This document shows, piece after piece, positions 1 through 8,456 of a stretch of DNA of 64,000 bases (within the stretch, counting starts at the first letter, position 1; every line of letters begins with the position of its first letter). Both the position numbers and the translations under genes were made by a program. The notes below the pieces were generated by a model. It worked only from the letters and a program-made list of their open reading frames with translations. It did no database searches and was not told the origin of the DNA. The stretch spans positions 2,560,001 through 2,624,000 of the forward strand of contig OZ220733.1 in NCBI GenBank assembly GCA_965116875.1, given 5' to 3'. The DNA is from Candidatus Latescibacterota bacterium (lineage in GTDB: Bacteria; Latescibacterota; UBA2968; GCA-2709665).

Positions 1-3
1 CCC

Positions 4-864
4 ATGGACTTCACGCTCGGCCTGCCCAACGGCAGCATGCAGGCCCCGCTGTGCGACCTGCTTTCACGAATCGGCCTCGACGTTCGTCCACGGGGACGCA
101 ACGGCCAGGTCCGTGTGGACGGGCTCGATCTGTTCAGTCAGGCCGTCTATATGCGGCCCCAGGACATTCCCGCCGCCCTGTTGAAGAGACAGATCGACTG
201 CGGCATCTGCGGGCTGGACTGCGTGGTCGAAACCGAACTGTCCCGGACGGGCGCCTTCAACACCCGGATCGAACGCCTCCAGGAGTTGCGCATCAGCCGC
301 GATACCCGCGACCCGGCGCGGGTCGTCCTGTTCGGCCGACCGGACAGTCCGCCACTGTCGCAAAATGCGACAGTTACGATCAGTTCGGAGTATCCGGCGA
401 TCACCCGCGACCGGTACCCCAAAGCGGATGTCGATTTTTCACACGGCAGCACGGAAATCAAGGTGGCGATGAAGCTCTTCGACTACGGCGTGGGCGTTAC
501 GATAACAGGCATCAGTCTGCGGGAAAACGGACTCGAGATCGCCGATGAGTTCATGGTATCGCCCATTGTCGTCATCGCGCGAAGCCGGATTCCCGAGTTC
601 GTTGCCCTGGGAGACCTGATGGCCGGTGCGCTCGAGGCCGAAGACCAGCAACTCGTCAAGTTGAACGTGGATAACCATCAGAAAAACGCAGTCCTGGATG
701 CGCTGCCTGCCCGGCGTGCGCCCACGCTCAGTCGACTGTCGGATTCCGCCAGCGCGATCGAGACCGTGGTGCCCAGATCGCAGACCGCAGGACTCCTGAT
801 CCGCCTCCGGATCCTGGGCGCAACGGATATTGTCGTTCAGGACATCAATGCGATTGTGGGATAG
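4..864 (+). CDS. hisG: ATP phosphoribosyltransferase, long form
   Basis: LGLPNGS N-terminus, MRPQDIP, CGICGLD, SEYP, SHGSTE, TGISLRENGL, and C-terminal regulatory domain (LPARRAPTLSRL...LGATDIVV). Confidence 0.9.
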   Translation: MDFTLGLPNGSMQAPLCDLLSRIGLDVRPRGRNGQVRVDGLDLFSQAVYMRPQDIPAALLKRQIDCGICGLDCVVETELSRTGAFNTRIERLQELRISRDTRDPARVVLFGRPDSPPLSQNATVTISSEYPAITRDRYPKADVDFSHGSTEIKVAMKLFDYGVGVTITGISLRENGLEIADEFMVSPIVVIARSRIPEFVALGDLMAGALEAEDQQLVKLNVDNHQKNAVLDALPARRAPTLSRLSDSASAIETVVPRSQTAGLLIRLRILGATDIVVQDINAIVG

Positions 865-887
865 CGCAGGACACCAAAGGCGGGCGA

Positions 888-2048
888 CTACGTCGGCGGG
901 ACGACCGCGCCGCTCCAGAGCCGGTCGAGGAAATCCCGCCACGGCAGGATCAGAATACCGTCCGCGGTCCGGCGCGGCGCTGGCTCCCGCGAAACGACGA
1001 TGTGCCGGGCCAAATTGAACTCTTCCTTGTACGCTCGAATGCCCTTCAGGTGCCGGTCCTGGATCCGGGGCGTCGATTTGACCTCGAGAGCGACGTCTTC
1101 AAAGATGAAGTCGACCTCGTGGCCGGACGAGGTACGCCAGTACGAGACTGGGAAAAATGTCCCGGAATAGCTGGAATACGCTGACACTTCCATGAATATG
1201 AAGTGTTCGAAAGCGCGTCCGAACAGCTCCGAACCCGGTTGGACATGCCCGCGTCCCGTCAGATGGGCCACCACGCCGATATCGAAGAAATAGAACCGGG
1301 GCGCGACGACGACGCGGCGCTTCACACGTCTGCGAAACGCCGGTACGAAGCTCCCGATCAGAGTATCTTCCAGGATCTGGAGATACCCCTTCGCGGTGGG
1401 CGCGCTCACGCCGCATTCCGAGGCAATTGTGTTGTAATTGATTAACTCTCCGTTCGACAGGGCCGCGACTTCGAGAAATCGGCTGAAGGCAGGAATGTTC
1501 CGTGTCAACGCCTCGGCCGCGACTTCCTCTCGCAGGTAATCGCCGACGTAGGCCTGAATCAACCGGCGAGGCCGGGCGCTTGGATAATGCCTGGGCAGCA
1601 GACCGGCGTTCAGTGCCTTTTCAAGTGAGAAATCGGGAATTTCATGATAAACCAGCGGATGTAACTGATATCGGACGGCCCTCCCGCCAAGCAGATTGCC
1701 CCCACCGCGTTTCAATTTCCTCGCGCTCGATCCACACAGAAGAAAACGCAATCCCCTGTTTTCCACGAGCCAGTGCACTTCATTCAAAAGTTCCGGAATT
1801 CGCTGGACTTCGTCGATCACGATGGGATCGGCCTGAGAATCGCCATCCAATCCGGCGGCCAGACATTCCTCGCGAATCAACTCGGGCCGATCGATCAGCC
1901 GGCGATACACGTCGGCCAGCAGGAGGTCGTAACGCCTGGCCCGGGGATATAGCGTGCGGATGAGCGTGCTCTTGCCGGTCTGACGCGGACCCCACAAAAA
2001 ACACGTCTGTTGTTCCGTAAAATCTAAATTTAGTATTCGATTATACAT
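888..2048 (-). CDS. AAA+ ATPase with C-terminal DUF4143/nuclease-like domain (COG1373 type)
   Basis: Walker A GPRQTGKST, Walker B IVIDEVQ, CGSS, RFYFFDIG, YWRTSSGHEVDF...LEVK. Confidence 0.9.
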   Translation of the reverse strand: MYNRILNLDFTEQQTCFLWGPRQTGKSTLIRTLYPRARRYDLLLADVYRRLIDRPELIREECLAAGLDGDSQADPIVIDEVQRIPELLNEVHWLVENRGLRFLLCGSSARKLKRGGGNLLGGRAVRYQLHPLVYHEIPDFSLEKALNAGLLPRHYPSARPRRLIQAYVGDYLREEVAAEALTRNIPAFSRFLEVAALSNGELINYNTIASECGVSAPTAKGYLQILEDTLIGSFVPAFRRRVKRRVVVAPRFYFFDIGVVAHLTGRGHVQPGSELFGRAFEHFIFMEVSAYSSYSGTFFPVSYWRTSSGHEVDFIFEDVALEVKSTPRIQDRHLKGIRAYKEEFNLARHIVVSREPAPRRTADGILILPWRDFLDRLWSGAVVPPT

Positions 2049-2078
2049 GAATATCTAAAATAGAGATTTATATATTCA
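2048..2078. promoter_or_regulatory. AT-rich inverted repeat at the AAA gene start (possible operator)
   Basis: TGAATATCTAAA-N7-TTTATATATTCA; the copy at about 13559-13589 has perfect 11-bp arms (TGAATATCTAA/TTAGATATTCA). Confidence 0.45.
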
Positions 2079-2139
2079 AAGTCAATCCGAATCTTTGAGA
2101 CCGTGTCTGACGGAATGATGGGGATGTCACGGCCTCCGT

Positions 2140-2700
2140 TGCGATCCCATCAGACCGAGCCAATGGTTCTCACGCAGGTCACGAAATCATCGGAAACCGC
2201 GGAGGTGGGGTTTCTTGGAAGCTCCTGTTCCGATAAGCGCCACCGCCGCTGGAAAAGCGCCGTTCAGGAATGTCACGGGTGATGATCTCCTACCGGCGCG
2301 CGGCGGTGTCTACAGCGCAGGATCGGTAAGTGGAGGAGATGCTGACGACGAAGACGAGGTTGATACCGAAGGATGCGGTACAGGACGTGGTCACCTCGGT
2401 GATCGCGGAGCGATATCCACTCAGACTGCCATCGCGATAATCGCCGAGGTATCCGTATTCGGCCCTCACAGTCGGGTGGGGATCGAAGAAATCGGAGGGT
2501 GCGTCCTGCAGTGTTGCGGAAATGGATCTTGGCGATTCTTGGTCGTTGCTTTTGGTATGGCATTCAGTCGCCCAAGTACCATGGTTCGCCTTTTGGCGGA
2601 TCCTTACCCTGTACGTCCGTGTTTCGTCTGTGGCGCAGTCAACCGTGAATTCCAACGTAACCACAGTGAAGCCGAAAGGAACGGTGTCTGTTGAAGGCAA
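2140..2700 (-). pseudogene. Decayed fragment of the leishmanolysin-tipped surface protein family (paralog of about 22320-22840)
   Basis: DETRTYRVRIRQKANHGTWATECHT...YGYLG...FGINLVFV aligns with DETRAYTVRIRHKSNHGPWATGCHT...YGYLG...FDIELVFV; TAG at the position of conserved RW, followed by EIIT. Confidence 0.85.
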
Positions 2701-2929
2701 TACATTAAGGCAGGCTGCGTAGACGCGGAACCCGGCACGGTGGGCTATACGGACGTCTCCAGTGCTTACAAGAGGCTGTCAATCGTTCACTATAAGATAA
2801 GCAGGTCCCGCAGCGCGCTGGAGAGGAGGTGGATTGCCATGTCCAAACGAACGGCGTCGATTCGCTGTGGGTTGTGCGGGACCTGGAAACGGCCTGCGGG
2901 CATATCAGGTTTTACTCTATGGTTCCCGT

Positions 2930-5344
2930 TTACTCGTCAGCCCCCAGGCGATAGCCTTTGCCGGGTTCGTTGAATATGTACGTCGGGTTGTCCGCATCGT
3001 CGCCAAGCTTTCGTCGTATGTTCTTCACGGCGGTGCGCAACCGTGCCCTGTCGTGAATACCCGGAGTCTTCCAAACCCACCGCAGAAGATCGTCGTGTGC
3101 AACATGTTTTCCCGCATTTACCGAAAGCTCCGCCAGCAATCGGTACTCGACGTTCGTTAACCGTACCCGCCTCCCGCTAACGGCCACGTCCCGCCTGGTG
3201 TAGTCAATCTTCAGATCACCCATTACGAATGGTTCTTCCGGCATGGGATTCCGACGTGTCTCCCTTTTACGCAGCGCGGCCCTTATCCTGGCCGCCAGTT
3301 CCGTCGGTGAAAAGGGCTTAATGACGTAATCGTCGGCGCCGGCGTCGAAGGCGCGTGCGATTGCTTCGTCATGTCCGTAGGCAGAAATAAAAATGACCGG
3401 TATATCCGGGTCCGAGATGACGTCCGTCATCACCTGGACTCCGTCGGTCCCGGGTAGCACAAGGTCCAACAACACCAGGTCGGGACGGTGCTGTTCCATA
3501 AGTCCTGGTACTTCGTCGGGGTCACCGGTCACGAGCGGGGCATATCCCTGATCCGCAAGGGCGTCTCTAACGCTCCGCAATGTGCGCGGATCGTCGTCGA
3601 CTACCAGGATTGACCGTCGTCCCTCTCCCTTGGTTGACTGTGACGTTGCAGCAGCAGCGGCTCGGTGGTGCGAAATCACTTTGTCATCGGCGATTGGAAG
3701 GGTGAAAGTGACCTGCATTCCCATACCCTCACCCTCACTCTTCGCCCAGATCCGCCCGCCGTGTGCCTCCACGATGCCCCGGCAGATAGCCAGGCCCCAT
3801 CCCGATTCCGCATCTTTGTCCGTCTCGTCCTCGCCCCTCTGTCTTGTGAACGTGCGAAAGAGGCGCGGAAGGCGCTCGGGCGATATACCACGGCCTCTGT
3901 CAGCCACGCAAATGGCCAGATAGACGCCTTCCTCCGTGGCCGTCACACGAATGGGAGCAGTCTCGGAAGAGTACCGGGAGGCGTTGGAAAAGAGGTTGCC
4001 CAGAACCTGGACGACGCGCTTGCTGTCCGCCAGGACATAAGGAAGATGCGGCGGCAGATCGATGTGGATATGGTTTCTGCCGACTCCGCTCAGGAACGCG
4101 CTACGAGCCCGTTCCACGAGTTCGGTCACAACCATGGGTTCCGGGCTGACATGCAATGTGCCTGTCTCGATGCGGGCGACGTCCAGAAGGTCTCTGATCA
4201 GGCTCCGCATCAGGTCCGCCTGTTCATCTATGATCCGGAAAAACTGACTCGTCTCGGCGGCGTCATGGTTTGGCGTGTCTGCCAGCGCCGTGGTGGCGAC
4301 GCCTTTGACGGCGGCCAACGGTGTCCACAGTTCGTGACTGACCATCGCCAGAAAGTCGATTCGAAGCCGATCAAGATCGTCCAACGGCGTCATGTCCTGA
4401 AGGGTCACCACAAAATACGCCATTTCTCCGTCATCCGCGCAGACCGGCGTTGCGTTCAGCAATGCACGTACACTGCGGCCATCGGGGACGTGAAAGACAA
4501 TCTCCTCAGCGCGGACAGTCTCGCCAACGCTAAGGGCCTGGGTTAACGTGAGTTCTTGAAGGGAGAACTCACGCCCGTCGGCTCGCTGGATGTTCGTCAA
4601 CTGAAGGAGTTGCTCCGCCTTCTGGCCTGGCTTGAGGAGATCTTTTACAATCCTTCGTGCCTCCCGATTGATAGACACCGGTTTCCCATGCTTTACGTCG
4701 AATACCACCACGCCCACCGGAGATGTATCTACCAGAGTCTCAAGGTCGAGCCTCGTCCGTTTTTCCTCCTGATATCGTTGGGCATTGGCCAGCACGAGCG
4801 CCGCCTGCGAGGCGAACATCACCAGGGTCTCTTCGTCTTCGCGGCTGAACTCACGGCCAGGGTCACTTTTTGCGACAAAAATGTAGCCTACCTCTTCGCC
4901 CCCATATAGGATAGGGGCCCATAGCGCCGCAGTCACGGATACGGGCAGACTGAATTCGGGAAGATCCAACGAGCGGGCGTAACCGACAATGTCGGGGTGC
5001 CTCAACTGTCCCGGGTTGTCTCTCAGGGACTCGAAGAGCTCCGGGCCTTCAGGCATCGTCCACAGACAGTTACTCTCGTCCGGCGTCAGGCCGGAAGAAA
5101 GCAAATCGCCGATCCCCAGTGTATCGTCAATGAGGACCATCACCCCATAACGGGCGTACGTCAGCGCGCGGGCACTGTCCAGAACCCCCTGCAGCACCGT
5201 TTCGTAGTCCAGGCTCGCATTGATGCGAAGGCTGGCCTCGCTGAGCTTTGACAGGCGGTCGCGGAGGGCCTTTATCTCCCTGTCGCGCTCGTTTTCGTCT
5301 GTCACACGTATACCTTTATCGGTTAACAGTAGCCCGCCGGTCAC
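2930..5344 (-). CDS. Cytoplasmic hybrid sensor kinase/response regulator (GAF-PAS-HisKA-HATPase-REC-OmpR wHTH), copy 1; start may be GTG at 5305
   Basis: SHELWTPL H-box, NLFSNA, DRGRG, SGWGL, VVDDD, LLDLVLPG, KPFS, wHTH ending IFNEPGKGYRL; no transmembrane helix visible. Confidence 0.92.
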   Translation of the reverse strand: MTGGLLLTDKGIRVTDENERDREIKALRDRLSKLSEASLRINASLDYETVLQGVLDSARALTYARYGVMVLIDDTLGIGDLLSSGLTPDESNCLWTMPEGPELFESLRDNPGQLRHPDIVGYARSLDLPEFSLPVSVTAALWAPILYGGEEVGYIFVAKSDPGREFSREDEETLVMFASQAALVLANAQRYQEEKRTRLDLETLVDTSPVGVVVFDVKHGKPVSINREARRIVKDLLKPGQKAEQLLQLTNIQRADGREFSLQELTLTQALSVGETVRAEEIVFHVPDGRSVRALLNATPVCADDGEMAYFVVTLQDMTPLDDLDRLRIDFLAMVSHELWTPLAAVKGVATTALADTPNHDAAETSQFFRIIDEQADLMRSLIRDLLDVARIETGTLHVSPEPMVVTELVERARSAFLSGVGRNHIHIDLPPHLPYVLADSKRVVQVLGNLFSNASRYSSETAPIRVTATEEGVYLAICVADRGRGISPERLPRLFRTFTRQRGEDETDKDAESGWGLAICRGIVEAHGGRIWAKSEGEGMGMQVTFTLPIADDKVISHHRAAAAATSQSTKGEGRRSILVVDDDPRTLRSVRDALADQGYAPLVTGDPDEVPGLMEQHRPDLVLLDLVLPGTDGVQVMTDVISDPDIPVIFISAYGHDEAIARAFDAGADDYVIKPFSPTELAARIRAALRKRETRRNPMPEEPFVMGDLKIDYTRRDVAVSGRRVRLTNVEYRLLAELSVNAGKHVAHDDLLRWVWKTPGIHDRARLRTAVKNIRRKLGDDADNPTYIFNEPGKGYRLGADE

Positions 5345-5393
5345 AGGCCGTCAATAGCCGGCAGGCGCGAAACGTTTGGCAAAGGCCGATGAA

Positions 5394-5461
5394 TCACGCC
5401 ATTTCGAATAAAATTCACGATAAACTCATCATATATGCACAAAAGATCACAGACTCATCAT
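5394..5461. promoter_or_regulatory. Helically phased TCAC/TCAT-type repeats in divergent promoter 1
   Basis: tcac 5394, tcga 5404, tcac 5415, tcat 5426, gcac 5437, tcac 5447, tcat 5458 (10-11 bp spacing) in an AT-rich patch. Confidence 0.5.
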
Positions 5462-5800
5462 GGATTTCTTTCTATCTTGGAAGGAATATAGGACCGTATT
5501 TGCCAGTGATCCAAGACTTTTCTATACATCCACGCCGGGATGACATAAACAACCGCCAGTACCCTGACCCACAGGAGTCAAAAGCCCACGGTTTTCAGAA
5601 GACGCCCAATGGACCGTGATCCCCGGTAAAGAGTCGCAGGCTTTGGTATCGGACGGAAGAATACATCGCGAGAGATGAAGCCCCAAGCGCCGGTGTCGTG
5701 TCGCGTGCACGAAACAGACCGACCACCTTCCTGTTTAACACGCATCCTGGAACCGGGACCCGCGCAAGGCGCGTCAAGAAAATAAGAAAGGGAAGACACC

Positions 5801-7801
5801 ATGGCGACGTCCAGATGTCTATTGAGCCCTCCCGTACACCGCTGTAAAGGCTTGGCGCACTCCTACTCTATTGGGATCGTATGCATTGCGCTGATATTCT
5901 CTCCGAGGGCAGTGGGGTCCCAGGACGGTTTTTCACTGTCCGCGGACGTTGATGCGACTGCGCGGGACCAGGGTGTGACGACCGCCGAGGTTTCCCCGGA
6001 AACAACTGTTTCAATCCAGGTTTTCGGGAGTAACCTCGGCCCTACCCAGGGCTTGTCCGTTCGATTCGTGTACGATAGCGGTCAGGTCGTGTATGAAGGT
6101 GCGGACGCGGGCGATGTGTATTCCAGCGCCCAGGTTCTTGTAGAAACCGGTACGCACCCGACGTCGGTCACTGTGGGTGTCGCGTCGCCGGGCGGTCGCG
6201 CCTCCGCATCGGCCGGGCTCGTCTGTACAGTCGGCTTTCGCTCGTCGGCTTCGTTTACCGGCACGACGATCCGCATCGTGGAGGCCGTACATGGAGGAGA
6301 CGGCCAACAGGACACCTTGAAGTTGAGCCTCGCCATCAAGTTGGTTCCGGCAACGGAAGGACCGTCTCCGGACTTCGATACAGACGGGACGGTCGGTTTT
6401 CCCGATTTTCTGCTGTTCGCGTCGCATTTTGGATCAACGGCGGGCGAGGGTGACTATGACGCGAGGTTCGACCTGAATGCAGATGGGTCTGTCGGGTTTG
6501 CAGACTTTCTCATGTTTGCGGGACGATTCGGCCAAAGCGTGGCGGTACCGGCGCCGGACCGCGGTCCGCTGGTAGCCCTGTATGACGCGACCCTTGGGTA
6601 CAATTGGACGACACAGACAAACTGGCTGACGGACAATCCCATTTCCACGTGGCACGGCGTCACGGTGCAGGATGGTCGCGTAACCGAGATAACCCTGGTC
6701 CAAAACAACCTTACAGGCTCGATTCCGTCCGAAGTGGGCAATCTTTCCAATCTCAGAGATCTGAAACTTTACCAGAACCAGCTGAGCGGATCGATACCTG
6801 CAGCACTGGGTAATCTCCCCAATCTCGAAGTGCTGCTTCTAGACCAGAACGCGCTCGGTGGGGCGATCCCGCCGGAATTGGGCAACCTGACCGGCCTGAC
6901 AGATCTGGATCTTCAGCAGAACCAGTTGACGGGGCCGATTCCGTCCGAACTGGGCAATCTTCCCAACCTGATCGGTCTGAGACTCTTCCAGAACCAACTG
7001 AGCGGATCGATTCCTGCAGCACTGGGTAATCTACCCAATCTCGAAGTGCTGCTTCTGGACCAGAACGCGCTCGGTGGGACGATCCCGCCGGAATTGGACA
7101 ACCTGTCCGGCCTGACAGTTCTGAATCTTCAGCAGAACCAGTTGACGGGTCCGATCCCGCCGGAATTGGGCAACCTGACCGGCCTGACAGATCTGAATCT
7201 TCAGCAGAACCAGTTGACGGGGCCGATTCCGTCCGAACTGGGCAATCTTTCCAACCTGATCGGTCTGAGACTTTTCCAGAACCAACTGAGCGGATCGATA
7301 CCTGCAGCACTGGGTAATCTACCCAATCTCGAAGAGCTGCTTCTAGACCAGAACACGCTCGGTGGGACGATTCCGCCGGAATTGGGCAACCTGACCGGCC
7401 TGACAGTTCTGAATCTTCAGGAGAACCAGTTGACGGGGCCGATTCCGTCCGAATTGGGCAATCTTTCCAACCTGGCAAGTCTGAATCTTCAGGAGAACCA
7501 GTTGACGGGGCCGATTCCGTCCGAATTGGGCAATCTCTCCAACCTCGAAGTGCTGCAACTTCACCAGAATGGACTCAGTGGATCTGTCCCGACCGAGATT
7601 GGCAACCTGACCCGTATGCAGTTTCTGACGTTCCACGCAACGGATCTGAACGGCGCGCTTCCCCTGAGCCTGACAGCATTGACCGAACTGGGGGGATTCT
7701 TCTTCAGGGGGGACGGAAGTCTTTGCGCGCCGCTGGATACGTCTTTTCAGGCGTGGTTGCAGCTTGTCGAAGCATTCGATGGCCCAAACTGCTCGCAATA
7801 G
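5801..7801 (+). CDS. Secreted protein: cohesin-like domain + dockerin-like double EF-hand + plant-type LRR array
   Basis: Hydrophobic signal region; PDFDTDGTVGFPDF...FDLNADGSVGFADF; LRR N-cap (LVALYDAT...WHGVT); about 13 repeats of 24 aa, LxxLxLxxNQLSGxIPxxLGN. Confidence 0.88.
   Translation: MATSRCLLSPPVHRCKGLAHSYSIGIVCIALIFSPRAVGSQDGFSLSADVDATARDQGVTTAEVSPETTVSIQVFGSNLGPTQGLSVRFVYDSGQVVYEGADAGDVYSSAQVLVETGTHPTSVTVGVASPGGRASASAGLVCTVGFRSSASFTGTTIRIVEAVHGGDGQQDTLKLSLAIKLVPATEGPSPDFDTDGTVGFPDFLLFASHFGSTAGEGDYDARFDLNADGSVGFADFLMFAGRFGQSVAVPAPDRGPLVALYDATLGYNWTTQTNWLTDNPISTWHGVTVQDGRVTEITLVQNNLTGSIPSEVGNLSNLRDLKLYQNQLSGSIPAALGNLPNLEVLLLDQNALGGAIPPELGNLTGLTDLDLQQNQLTGPIPSELGNLPNLIGLRLFQNQLSGSIPAALGNLPNLEVLLLDQNALGGTIPPELDNLSGLTVLNLQQNQLTGPIPPELGNLTGLTDLNLQQNQLTGPIPSELGNLSNLIGLRLFQNQLSGSIPAALGNLPNLEELLLDQNTLGGTIPPELGNLTGLTVLNLQENQLTGPIPSELGNLSNLASLNLQENQLTGPIPSELGNLSNLEVLQLHQNGLSGSVPTEIGNLTRMQFLTFHATDLNGALPLSLTALTELGGFFFRGDGSLCAPLDTSFQAWLQLVEAFDGPNCSQ
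6740..7675 (+). repeat. 72-bp LRR tandem array with higher-order structure ABC-ABCC-ABCC-D-E
   Basis: Near-identical DNA units such as cagaaccagttgacggggccgattccgtccgaa recur; unit classes read from the translation. Confidence 0.9.
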
Positions 7802-7896
7802 ATTCCGCGTGATCCATTGCGTACAAACCACTCGCCCGAGCCGTCGAACACATGAACCACCCGGGCGCATCGAGAAGGTTCGCCGACTGGCTCCGC

Positions 7897-8082
7897 CCAG
7901 CAACGTGGGGTGGGAACTCCGGGTGCGCCCGGACGGCTTCGTCCTCGACCTCGGCGGTGGTCTCACGCTCTCCGGCCCGTCGCGCGGGCTGCAGGCCGAA
8001 ATCAGGGGGCGCGGCCCGCTCTCCCACGAATCAGAGGGCTTCCGTGAACGTGGCTTCTCGGGCTCGCTCGCCTGGTCCCAAG
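7897..8082 (+). pseudogene. Remnant resembling an autotransporter-like beta-barrel segment
   Basis: FVLDLGGGLTLSGPSRGLQAEIRGRGPLSHESEGFRERGFSGSLAW has the amphipathic-strand pattern of that family; no plausible start or full domain. Confidence 0.55.
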
Positions 8083-8456
8083 CTGCCCCTGCATTGGCTC
8101 GCCAATCGGCTTTTTGCGCATGCACCGTCCGGCGACTCCGATGCAGAGCCCGGACAGACCCGGCTAATGTCCGGCCATCCGAATGGCCCTGAACGTCCGG
8201 AATACGCACAGGAAAGCCTTTGGGCGATCCGAGGTGTTGCGCGTCCTGTGTTGCGCGGTATGAGGATATAACTGCCCACGGGTCTTTCTGGGCGTACAGG
8301 GATGTTCTAGAAGAGTACCCCGTATTCCTGGGTCGCGGGAATCGCCTGTGGCCTCTCAGGTCGTACGCCGGCATCTCCTGCCAGGGCCACGTGCCTTCGG
8401 TCCATGTCATTGCGAGAGATCGCACCCGCCAGGGCGGGGTAGCGCAGATCTTCAAC

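Noticed and set aside
6740-7675. CRISPR array
   Set aside because: The repeats are in-frame 72-bp LRR codons without unique spacers; no cas genes.
8220-8456. Longer start for the 1351-aa ORF
   Set aside because: Paralog alignment and signal peptide position indicate a start at 8457/8460.
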